Positions 46,896 to 55,635 of a DNA stretch of 64,000 nucleotides are shown piece by piece. The stretch lies in NCBI GenBank assembly GCA_002418775.1, contig DIEU01000058.1, positions 24,224 to 88,223 of the forward strand. The letters are read 5' to 3'. The notes beneath the pieces were generated by a model, which was not told where the DNA came from, made no database searches, and was given only the letters and a program-made list of their open reading frames with translations. Made by a program: the position numbers and the translations under genes. Numbering within the stretch: position 1 is the stretch's first letter; each line of letters begins with the position of its first letter. This DNA comes from Firmicutes bacterium UBA5766 (GTDB lineage Bacteria > Bacillota > Desulfotomaculia > Desulfotomaculales > Nap2-2B).

Positions 46896-47875
46896 TTAAC
46901 TAGCGCAGCTTTGGCTGTCAGACAGTAAAAGCCAAAGTCCGGCGGCCAATTCCTCAACATAGCCCCTGCCCTTTTGCCCTTCTTCCAGCTTATCCAGCCA
47001 TCGCCCGGGGATTCCCTTCCTGCCGTGATAGGCGCCGCTAATCGCTCCCGTCATGGCCCCGATTGTATCGGTATCACCGCCGAGGCTGACTGCTTTGACA
47101 ACTGCTTTTTCAAAGCTGCCGTAGTTCTCCAAAAATATGTATATGGAAGTACAGACCGATTGAGAAGCTTTTACTCCGTTGCCCAGTTCCCGGACAATTC
47201 TCTCAACAGCTGGTTCAATTTCCAGCAATTTTTCCACACAATCAAGTTTCTCCCTGTATTCCCCGGCTTCAGGAGGCAACGAACTTTTCAGGCTGCGCAA
47301 GAAACCTTTTTTGTCCAGGGGATACTGGCTGCCGGCGGTCAGGGCAAGGGCGATGGCGGATGCCTGAAGCGCCGCTCCTTCCACAACTTGAGGGTGGGCA
47401 TGTGTCAGGCAGGCAGATCCGGCGGCGCACTTCTTTAATTCATCCGGACGATCTACATAAAGACAGGCTACCGGGGCAACCCGCATTGCTGCGCCATTGC
47501 CGTAAGACCCGCCCGGGAATACCTTTGTACAGCCTGTTCCCAGGGTGTTCCACTTTTAATCAATTGCAGAACCCGTGTTGTCCCGGGACCATATCCGCGT
47601 TCATGATTAAAATTCCTGCAGAATGTAAAAGCCATATGCTGGGCGTTAAATGCTCCGCATTCCAATAAAGACTCGGCAATCCCGATCATCATTTCCGTAT
47701 CGTCCGTATAGCTGCCGGCTCTGAGGCGTCCGGGCAAAATCTCCGTTATTTCTCCGTATCTTTCCGAGATTTCCCGGGAAGACCAGCCTTCAACCGGCAT
47801 GCCAAGCGCGTCGCCTGTGAAAGTACCCAAAATAGCGCCCGAAATTTTATCAAGTGTTAAAACACCGGGAAGCAT
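46896..47875 (-). pseudogene. ADP-ribosylglycohydrolase (ARH/DraG family) disrupted by a 1-nt frameshift
   Basis: Track ORFs 47468..47875 (GDALGMPVEG, SYTDDTEMMIG) and 46896..47486 (AMRVAPVA..., GGDTDTIGAMTGAISGAYHG) are the two halves of one ARH fold. The conserved GSYGNGAAMRVAP block is readable only after a -1 shift near 47508-47517. Confidence 0.8.
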
Positions 47876-47976
47876 CCCGCAAGCCCCCCTTTAGCTTAAT
47901 ATTATGCATATTATCTAAATAATATTGAAATAAATGGAATTAAAAAAAGAATAACTTTTATTTTGAAATGCAATTA

Positions 47977-49263
47977 TTATTCGACCAAAGAAAGAATCCA
48001 ACTTATCCATGCACTTATTGTTTGGGACCGCCTATTATAAGTACTTTCAGCATTCATATTATAAAGAAAACTGTTCTTCATAATTTTAACAATATCTTCT
48101 TTCTTAGGTGGTTCTCTCTTTTCAAAATATAAAGATAAAACCCTGTAAAAAACTTTATGTTGCAATATTAATTTTACCAATGATAGATATTTGTTCTTAT
48201 AGGAAAAACTCATTATTCTTCTTCCGCTTTCAGTTAACGAGTATATAATTTCTTCTGTTTCGTAATTATGTCTTTTGTAAATTAAATGCAGGTATATCCC
48301 TGCATTTGTATAATAATCGGTTTGTCTAACATCAAAATCATAATTCTGTGTTATATATTCCTTGCTAAGATCTGTTTCTAAAAGGAGTCCGAGTAAATCT
48401 ATTACTCTAGAAAAATTATCCGCTTGAGGAAAGGGAATAGTTTCTTCACTAACAATTTTTATTCTATTATATATACCATAAATATCATCGAGTGTTATGC
48501 TTTCATACCCTATAATGAAATTATTTTGTGATATCAAACTTATTGAATTGTATTTTATAGGTTCTTCAAAATTATAAGTGAAGAAGGAAAAAATATCATT
48601 TGAAAAAGTAAGAAGTATGGGAATAACTTTTTTCTTTAATTTACCATTCCATAATCTATAAGGAAAGTAAAGTTGTCTAATAATAAAGTCATCAACTGCC
48701 CCAATCTTTGCTTCTATTATAGAAAAATAATTCTCTGTTTCAAAAGCCGCATCGATCTCAAGTTGAGAATTAGTGACAGCAATTTGTTTAAATTTATTAT
48801 CATAAGTATTTATTAGAAAGTCAAAATGGCCGGATGACATTCTCCCAGATACAGTTAATACTGCTTCTTCTTGTAGTATTTCGCTAATCATACCTGTTAT
48901 ATGGGCACAATGTAATACTACATTTTCCGAATAAAGATTTTTATAATCTATTGATTCTATAATAAAAGGAAAGTTAACATAGGATATCTTAGAAAACTTA
49001 TTATATTCAACTTCATTATATGCTTTAAACTTTCCTATAATATATTTTGAACGTGAAATTGGCAAAATAGTAAGGTTATTCTTTTTAAAAATCGATGGCA
49101 AATTCTTTTGATGATCATATTTAGCCATAAGCCTTGGTTCACGGACGCTCTTAATTGTTCTGGTTCCAATCTCTACATAACCATGTTTATCTACCTGAGG
49201 GAATAACTTGTATTTTTCAAACAACTCTTCCCATGCTTTATCATTAACTGTCTTTAGCGTCAT
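47977..49263 (-). CDS. Putative type II restriction endonuclease (PD-(D/E)XK)
   Basis: 428 aa. It overlaps the upstream methyltransferase gene by 20 nt. The candidate catalytic motif is EIDAAFETENYFSIIEAKIG (D...ExK). It is very AT-rich, and I recognise no specific REase family. Confidence 0.55.
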   Translation of the reverse strand: MTLKTVNDKAWEELFEKYKLFPQVDKHGYVEIGTRTIKSVREPRLMAKYDHQKNLPSIFKKNNLTILPISRSKYIIGKFKAYNEVEYNKFSKISYVNFPFIIESIDYKNLYSENVVLHCAHITGMISEILQEEAVLTVSGRMSSGHFDFLINTYDNKFKQIAVTNSQLEIDAAFETENYFSIIEAKIGAVDDFIIRQLYFPYRLWNGKLKKKVIPILLTFSNDIFSFFTYNFEEPIKYNSISLISQNNFIIGYESITLDDIYGIYNRIKIVSEETIPFPQADNFSRVIDLLGLLLETDLSKEYITQNYDFDVRQTDYYTNAGIYLHLIYKRHNYETEEIIYSLTESGRRIMSFSYKNKYLSLVKLILQHKVFYRVLSLYFEKREPPKKEDIVKIMKNSFLYNMNAESTYNRRSQTISAWISWILSLVE

Positions 49264-50089
49264 AATTCATCACCAATATTTCCTCAATATAGCCCCTCTT
49301 AGTAGCATCAGAATTAATTGCCCTAGAAGCTGTAACAATTACGTTCTTGTAGTCTTTATATAGGTCTTTTATAAAATCTGTTCCGGAATTACTAAGTAAA
49401 ACCTTACACCCCTTAGTATTTAATTTATCAAAAACTTTTTTTAGCCTTACCTGATCTTCAGCATCAAACCCATTTAGATCATATCCTGTAAAGGAAGATG
49501 TATCTGAAATAGGATCATAAGGAGGATCTAAATATACAAAATCGCCTTTTTTAGCTTGCTCCAGTACGGTCTCGAAATCATCATTCAATATGGAAATATC
49601 AATCCTATTTAGAAAATCACTCACAGCTTTTAGGAGGATATTATCTTCAAAATTAGGTTTTTTATAATTCCCAAATGGTACATTAAAATAGCCTTGGCTA
49701 TTTACTCTAAATAAACCATTGTAACAAGTCTTATTTAAAAAGATTATTCTTGATGCTTTCTCAACAGGTGACAAATTATCATATTCTTCAGTTCTATCTA
49801 AATCTCTAATCTTATAATAATACTCCTTTTCATTAATATGCTTACTGAGATCTATAATTAGGTCATCAACATTAAGCTTAATCACTTTATATACATTAAT
49901 TAGCTCCTGATTAATATCATTAATAATAGCTTTTCTTGGTTGAATGTCGAAAAATACAGCACCCCCTCCTAAAAAAGGTTCAAAGTATATCTTAATCTTT
50001 TTAGGGATGTATTTTCTAATTTCTGATAGAAGCTGACGTTTTCCGCCAGCCCATTTTAAAAATGGTCTAATAAGTTGGTTCTTTTTCAT
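49244..50089 (-). CDS. Dam/D12-class N6-adenine DNA methyltransferase
   Basis: RPFLKWAGGKRQLL, EPFLGGGAVFF (SAM binding) and YLDPPY (catalytic DPPY). The preferred start is ATG 50089 (RBS GAGGA) rather than TTG 50104. Confidence 0.9.
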   Translation of the reverse strand: MKKNQLIRPFLKWAGGKRQLLSEIRKYIPKKIKIYFEPFLGGGAVFFDIQPRKAIINDINQELINVYKVIKLNVDDLIIDLSKHINEKEYYYKIRDLDRTEEYDNLSPVEKASRIIFLNKTCYNGLFRVNSQGYFNVPFGNYKKPNFEDNILLKAVSDFLNRIDISILNDDFETVLEQAKKGDFVYLDPPYDPISDTSSFTGYDLNGFDAEDQVRLKKVFDKLNTKGCKVLLSNSGTDFIKDLYKDYKNVIVTASRAINSDATKRGYIEEILVMNYDAKDS

Positions 50090-50215
50090 TAAAAATATCC
50101 TCAAAACTATTTTTTGTAACAGTTATTTCGTCACCTTAAAAGAATATTCCTGCTTATATTGTTTTTGCCCCCCGCCCATTTAATCAGGGGCGCAGGTTCT
50201 GAGAACTGAACCATT

Positions 50216-53200
50216 TTAGCTTCCTTTACTTAACATTTTCCAGATATATTCTCTGGCAAGAGCCGGGATCCGCCGGTATTCATTTTCAGGCAATAAAGGA
50301 TCAAACGAACAAACCGGCTTATATTCGCAGTAAGCGCAGGCTGTCTGGCTTTTATAACGGTAAGGTTTTATTTCCGCCGAACCGCCCAGGATTCTTTCCC
50401 CGGCAGCGGCAGCCAATCTTCTTAGATAATCGCGCAGGTCAGCCAGTTGTTTCATAGTAACCAGACTTGGGCTGCTATAAAGGCCTCCGTCTTTTTTCAA
50501 GCCGGCCGGGACGAGATTGGACAAACCGTTTACCTGTTTATCCATTAACCTGATCACATCGGGTTCGGCCAGAACCAAACCTCTCATCTTCAAGTTTTTT
50601 TCCGTCAAAGCCTCAATTTCTCCCGGCTGGGGCGGCCTGGAAACGCCTGTTACGGGATCTGCTACGTTAAAGTAAAAAACTCCGGCAGGCAAAGCCTCAA
50701 CGCCAATCAGGCGGCACGCAAAGTTGACCGCCACATCAAGGTAAATCAAAAGTTGAAGCTGAAGCCCGTAATATATTTTGGCCAGGTTGAGTTCTGCAGG
50801 GCCTGATTTGTAATCGACCACCCGCAGGTAATGGCAGGTTCCCCATTCGGCGGCGTCTATCCGGTCAATCCGGCCGTTAATTTCCATTTTCACCCCCCCG
50901 GCAACGGGCAGTTCAAAGGCAGGGATCTGTCCAGGACGGGAAAAGGATACCTCCGCGGCGACAGGTTGAAAAGCGCTCCGGCTGGCGTGCTTGGAAAGGG
51001 AATAAACCGCCCTTTCTACAGTTCTTTGAAGACGGGTGGTCAGATAGCGGTAACGGGGTGAACTTAAAAGGATTTCATCCCTTAATGAGGGAGCAACCCC
51101 GGTAACTATTTCGCCTGCAATCTGATTGCACTGCTCAATGTTTAAATCCTTTAAGTCCTGTTTGCCTTGAAGTGATTTTTCAACGAAAATTTTAAGGCAG
51201 GTGTGGTAAAACTCTCCCAAATCAGGCCTTTCCAGTTTAAAAACAGCCCTTTCCCTCAATTTCAACCCGTAGGTTAAATAATGGGCAAAAGGGCAGGAGT
51301 AGTAGCGTTCCAGCCGCGATACGCTTGTCCTTAGAGGACTGCCGAACAGAGAAAGGCTTAATTCTTTTTTCAGCGGACCCTCGTTGTTATTATAATACAG
51401 CCCTGAAAACATGTTTATGAGCCTGTCCCTGTACTGAGGCTGTTTGACAAACCAGTTGTAGACCGAACACCAAAGAGGCGCAAGCACGCCCGAAGACTTG
51501 CCTTCTCTTAACTGTACCGTCAGGTAAGCCAGGGTTCGCTCCGCCCCGGCTATATAATGAAGATCCCCAGCTTCGGTCCCCGGCGGGGAAACGGGCAAAA
51601 AAACTTCCGCAAGGCCAGGGAACGTTTTTTTCAACCGCTGAATAACCGGTGAAGGAGTCAGGGCATACCCTTCCTGATCAGACAAAGCATAGCTGACCCA
51701 TAAGAATTCGCTGCTTCTTGTCAGGGCAATGTAAACAAGGAACTGTTCATTGAAAAGCAGCCGTCGCCCGGAAGGGCTTAAAGTTACCCCGGCCGCTTCG
51801 ATATTCTCCCTTTCAAAATCAGTAAATAAACCTTTTTGTTCAGGGCGTGCGGGTAAAAGGCCGTCATTAACGCCCAGAACAAAACAGGCTTTGACATTTG
51901 GATTTCGCGAACGTTCCAGGGAAGCAATCAGGATCTGATCCAGCCCGGGAGGAATCATCCCCAAACGGATTCCTTCCAGCCCCGTCTGAATTATCTTCAG
52001 ATAATCCCCGGTTGTAACACGTTCATCACCAAGAGTTTCTGCAAGCTGATCAAAAAGTTCTATTATTGCATCCCAAATTTGGGCGTGCTCCTGTGAAGCG
52101 TCAGGATTGCCGTCTTCCCGGGCCTTTTCGGAAAGCATTTTCAATTGTTCAAACACATTGAGGCTGGTAATTAATTCAAATAGAGCCGCCGTTATTTCCC
52201 TGACCGCAGCGGATTGCGCAACGGCAGCCTGAAAATCGGCAATTTCTTTTACGGCCGCCCTCCTGATCCGGTTTATTTCACCAAGTTTGTTTATTTCCAC
52301 AGAACCGGGATCTTCTTCCCTTTCTTCCCTTTCTTTCGTATACCTGCGTTCGTACTGCCAGTCTTCGGAATCTGTCCATCGTGAACCCTTTATTCCATGG
52401 GCAAGCACATAATTCTCCAGGATATCGATATCATCCTGGCTGACAGATGTAAGGCCGGTCTTTAGATAACCGAATACAGAATCGTAGCTCCATCCGCTTA
52501 TGATAACCTCCAGCGCAGCTTTAATTAAAGCTGCCAAAGGATGATGCCCTATTTCCCGTTTGACATCGATAAAGTAAGGAATTCCATAGTCATTAAAAAC
52601 AATGTCTATTAAAGGCCGGTATATTTCCACTTTGCGAAGAATAACTGAAATATCTTTCCAACGGTAACCTTTCTCCCGGCAAAGATGGATTATCTCACGG
52701 GCAGCGCTCTCAACTTCAGCATGGCGGTTTGCCGCAGCAATCAGTTTTATCCCCGCCGGCTGATCCTTGTACGGCCCGCCCCTCTGTGCCGGGATATCTT
52801 TTTCAAGATGCGCCAGGCAGGGAGTATCCTTATAACGGGGCGGCAAATCATTATCCAGGCAAAGAGATCTTTCCACAGCAATCCCATACTGGGAGGCCAT
52901 CGCTTTTATTTTTTCAAGGACCTCAAATGTGGGATGAAAAACATCGCTTTCATCCAGAGCGTCCGCTGATGTCCGGCTGTCCAGGCAGAGTGCGACGCTG
53001 ACTCTTTTAGCGGCTTTAAGCAGTTCTCCGATTACTCTGTATTCCTGGGAATTAAAACCTGCGAAACAATCAATCCAAACCTCGCTTCCTTGCATAAAAC
53101 GGGAAAAAGCTATTTTTTCAGCAAGCAAATCCAGATAACAGTCAGGATCAAGATACCGGGCGCCCAAATAACTGTCATAATTGGAGAGCAGCAGGGCAAA

Positions 53201-53677
53201 ATCTTTTAACTTATCGGACAGAATGCTTTCTTTTTCAGCAAAACGGGCTGTTAAATCAGATAAATGCGATCCCTTTATACTATACTGTTTTGCTTCACAG
53301 ACAGCGTTCGAAAGGTTTTGGATAAACCCGGGATAATTAGTCAGCTGTTGAAAAACTTTCAATTCTTTACGCTTCTCAATCAACAGCCTGCGAAGAATCA
53401 TTTGTTTGCCAAGTTCACCAACATGTATACGGGATATCCCGCCTGTTTCACTTAGAATATGCCAGGCCAGGCGGCGGAAGCTGAGTACCTGAGCCCTGTA
53501 CGTGCCTTTTAAGCCGGCAAGCAGGGAAACCTCCATCTGGAAGGTGACCTGTTCCGGTACAAGAAACAGAAGGGGAAAAGGGTTACCGGGCTTTTTATTG
53601 ATCTGATCCTGTATCTCTTTCAAACAGGTATGTGTCTTGCCTGTTCCAGCCCGTCCCAAAATGAATCTCAGACTCAT
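50216..53677 (-). CDS. addB: ATP-dependent helicase/nuclease subunit B (AddB)
   Basis: LRFILGRAGTGKTHTCL, a C-terminal nuclease (VVDYKSG) and the Fe-S cysteines (CPFAHY ... CAYCEYKPVC). The preferred start is ATG 53677 (RBS GGTGG). The track start is GTG 53698. Confidence 0.95.
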   Translation of the reverse strand: MSLRFILGRAGTGKTHTCLKEIQDQINKKPGNPFPLLFLVPEQVTFQMEVSLLAGLKGTYRAQVLSFRRLAWHILSETGGISRIHVGELGKQMILRRLLIEKRKELKVFQQLTNYPGFIQNLSNAVCEAKQYSIKGSHLSDLTARFAEKESILSDKLKDFALLLSNYDSYLGARYLDPDCYLDLLAEKIAFSRFMQGSEVWIDCFAGFNSQEYRVIGELLKAAKRVSVALCLDSRTSADALDESDVFHPTFEVLEKIKAMASQYGIAVERSLCLDNDLPPRYKDTPCLAHLEKDIPAQRGGPYKDQPAGIKLIAAANRHAEVESAAREIIHLCREKGYRWKDISVILRKVEIYRPLIDIVFNDYGIPYFIDVKREIGHHPLAALIKAALEVIISGWSYDSVFGYLKTGLTSVSQDDIDILENYVLAHGIKGSRWTDSEDWQYERRYTKEREEREEDPGSVEINKLGEINRIRRAAVKEIADFQAAVAQSAAVREITAALFELITSLNVFEQLKMLSEKAREDGNPDASQEHAQIWDAIIELFDQLAETLGDERVTTGDYLKIIQTGLEGIRLGMIPPGLDQILIASLERSRNPNVKACFVLGVNDGLLPARPEQKGLFTDFERENIEAAGVTLSPSGRRLLFNEQFLVYIALTRSSEFLWVSYALSDQEGYALTPSPVIQRLKKTFPGLAEVFLPVSPPGTEAGDLHYIAGAERTLAYLTVQLREGKSSGVLAPLWCSVYNWFVKQPQYRDRLINMFSGLYYNNNEGPLKKELSLSLFGSPLRTSVSRLERYYSCPFAHYLTYGLKLRERAVFKLERPDLGEFYHTCLKIFVEKSLQGKQDLKDLNIEQCNQIAGEIVTGVAPSLRDEILLSSPRYRYLTTRLQRTVERAVYSLSKHASRSAFQPVAAEVSFSRPGQIPAFELPVAGGVKMEINGRIDRIDAAEWGTCHYLRVVDYKSGPAELNLAKIYYGLQLQLLIYLDVAVNFACRLIGVEALPAGVFYFNVADPVTGVSRPPQPGEIEALTEKNLKMRGLVLAEPDVIRLMDKQVNGLSNLVPAGLKKDGGLYSSPSLVTMKQLADLRDYLRRLAAAAGERILGGSAEIKPYRYKSQTACAYCEYKPVCSFDPLLPENEYRRIPALAREYIWKMLSKGS

Positions 53678-53829
53678 ACTGTAAAACCACCTGAACACTT
53701 ATAAAGCTCTTCCCTGTTCCTGGAAAAGTCAAAACTAACTTGATTATACAGTAACAAAGTTTTATTGTTAAGAGATGAAACCGATTCTATAAAGACAAAT
53801 TGGCGCTTTCCTTGCGGGGGTGAATCGAG

Positions 53830-54420
53830 CTGGAAGATGATGATTTAGTAATCAGAAGCAGGTCAGGGGATCTAAGCGCCTTTGAAGAACTTGTTCACCG
53901 TTATGAAAATAAAGTACTCTCCTTAGCCTACCGGATGGTAGGAAATTGGGCCGACGCCAGCGATCTGGCGCAGGAAACATTTATCAGGACATATCACTCC
54001 CTGTCCGATTTTCAAGGAAAGTGCAGTTTTTCCACCTGGATTTATCATATTACAGTTAATATCTGCCGCGATGAGTTACGCAAAAAAAACAGGCGCCCGA
54101 AAATTTCTTTGGATGAAATTGCCGCTTCTTCAGGCGGACTGCCTTTTTCAGAAACAGGGACCGATTGCCCGGAGAACAAACTTGAACAGCTTGAGCTGCA
54201 GGAGGCTGTTCAGGAATGTTTAAACGCCCTCCCGGATGAATACAGGCTGGCGCTGATCATGCGGGAGATCCAGGGTTTATCATACGAGGAAATTGCAACT
54301 GCCCTGAAATGCTCCGTAGGAACTGTAAAATCCCGTCTGAGCCGTTCCAGAACAGCTTTTAAACAAAAAGCAGAGGTTATTATAGGAACATTTTCACTTC
54401 CCGGAACGTCAAAAGGGTAG
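53830..54420 (+). CDS. ECF (sigma-70 family group IV) sigma factor
   Basis: The track ORF starts at ATG 53935. The same frame is open from 53824 and encodes the conserved region-2 N-terminus (ELEDDDLVIRSRSGDLSAFEELVHRYENKVLSLAYRM). No ATG, GTG or TTG is available there. CTG 53830 lies 6 nt after GGGGGTGA, so the start I give is tentative. Confidence 0.8.
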   Translation: MEDDDLVIRSRSGDLSAFEELVHRYENKVLSLAYRMVGNWADASDLAQETFIRTYHSLSDFQGKCSFSTWIYHITVNICRDELRKKNRRPKISLDEIAASSGGLPFSETGTDCPENKLEQLELQEAVQECLNALPDEYRLALIMREIQGLSYEEIATALKCSVGTVKSRLSRSRTAFKQKAEVIIGTFSLPGTSKG

Positions 54421-54432
54421 GAGGAAACCATC

Positions 54433-55536
54433 ATGAAATGCTCGAAGGCAAAAAAACTATTTTCCGGCTATCTCGACAGCGAACTGAAACCCTCTCAAAA
54501 AGGTTTTCTGGAAAACCATTTATGCGCCTGCCCCGACTGCCGGTATGAATTAGCCAGACTGCGGGCTTCCATGGAATTGATCCATGGTTTGCCGGAAGTC
54601 GTCGCGCCGAAAGATTTCTGGGCCCAGGTCTCGGAAAAAATAGCGATTGAGGATAGTCCCAAAAAACAGAAGAAGACAGTTAAGTGGTTTTTCCCGGGAG
54701 AAAGGCTGCGCGCCGGAATTGCCCTGGCAGCGGTCCTAATCGTCGTTTTGGGGATTTCCTCTCTGATTTACAGTTCAACAATCGGGCAGGGTCCAGTTGA
54801 ATTGCTGAGCAAAAAAACAACTCCTGAAAAAAACGAAACATACAGGCTATCGCTGCCCTCTCAGCAAGTCCCTGAGAAAAGCGCCTCCACCGGCGCCGGG
54901 GAAGCTCATGCTTTGAAAACAGAAGGATCCCCTGAAAATAACGAACAGGCGCTGTTAGACAACTCGCCTGCCGAAGAAAACATCCAAGCCGGGAAAAGCG
55001 GTGGCGGTTCGGGCGGTTCCATTACGGCTCAGGAAATTCCCGCCCTTGGAAGCGCCGAAGCGCAGCGGCAAAAATGGATAATTACCAGAATCAGCTTGAA
55101 ACTAAAGACAGACAAAAAGGAAGAAACAATCACCAGGTTAAATACACTCGCCAGTGAACTGGGCGGCGAGCTGAGATTTGCGTCTTCCCAGGATAACAGC
55201 ACACAGATGGAGCTGACTGCCCCTGTTGACAAAACAGCCGGGGCACTGGCTAAAATTGAATCTTTGGGAGAAATTTCGGATAAAAAGCAGGAGGAACAGG
55301 ATATAACTGAAGAATACTTAATCTTACAGGAACAGGAACAGGAAGAAAAGCTCCGGCAGGAAAATGAACAATTAACAACGCCGAACAATTATTCCGGGGA
55401 CGCAAATGAAGGAAACAGCGCCACTCAGGAAGAATTAAAAGAGCTTCGGCTGGAACTTGACCAAACAAGCTTAAGCCTTGAGAAACTTATGGAGGAGATG
55501 AACTCGGTTCACTTCCTGATTAATATTATCAATTAA
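54433..55536 (+). CDS. Anti-sigma factor (zinc-binding ZAS type) with one TM and a long extracytoplasmic domain
   Basis: H-x3-C-x2-C motif (NHLCACPDC) in the first 40 aa, a TM segment at AGIALAAVLIVVLGISSLIY, and a position 12 nt after the ECF sigma stop. Confidence 0.75.
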   Translation: MKCSKAKKLFSGYLDSELKPSQKGFLENHLCACPDCRYELARLRASMELIHGLPEVVAPKDFWAQVSEKIAIEDSPKKQKKTVKWFFPGERLRAGIALAAVLIVVLGISSLIYSSTIGQGPVELLSKKTTPEKNETYRLSLPSQQVPEKSASTGAGEAHALKTEGSPENNEQALLDNSPAEENIQAGKSGGGSGGSITAQEIPALGSAEAQRQKWIITRISLKLKTDKKEETITRLNTLASELGGELRFASSQDNSTQMELTAPVDKTAGALAKIESLGEISDKKQEEQDITEEYLILQEQEQEEKLRQENEQLTTPNNYSGDANEGNSATQEELKELRLELDQTSLSLEKLMEEMNSVHFLINIIN

Positions 55537-55552
55537 ATTTAGCGACGCCATC

Positions 55553-55599
55553 AAACGTAGGCAGTTGACCTCCCTGATGCAAAATTGTTTTCAGAGTAG
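55553..55599 (+). repeat. Copy 2 of the 47-nt intergenic element (core AAACGTAGGCAGTTGACCTCC)
   Basis: AAACGTAGGCAGTTGACCTCCCTGATGCAAAATTGTTTTCAGAGTAG. See copy 1 at 15512-15558 on the opposite strand. Confidence 0.9.
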
Positions 55600-55635
55600 T
55601 TGCCTATAACACTATTGCTGAGGTGAATCAAATCA

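Larger units (their letters stand above)
47890..50166 (-). other. Low-GC horizontally acquired R-M cassette bounded by 7-bp direct repeats GCCCCCC (47883-47889 and 50167-50173)
   Basis: My hand counts on sample 60-nt lines give 20-35% GC inside, against about 50% just outside (for example 47401-47460). The composition changes exactly at the two heptamers. Confidence 0.6.

Noticed and set aside
46870-46960. The N-terminal extension of the 325-aa ORF (track start 46960, MLRNWPPDFGFYCLTAKAALVKNKKRKGRSL).
   Set aside because: It overlaps the 3' end of the ARH gene and has no RBS. The internal ATG at 46869 is preceded by AAGGAAAGGAAG.
53821-53823. The in-frame TGA upstream of the ECF sigma gene as a selenocysteine or read-through codon, prompted by selA/selB in the window.
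   Set aside because: Only two codons precede it after the TTG. No SECIS-like hairpin is evident immediately downstream, and ECF sigma factors are not known selenoproteins.
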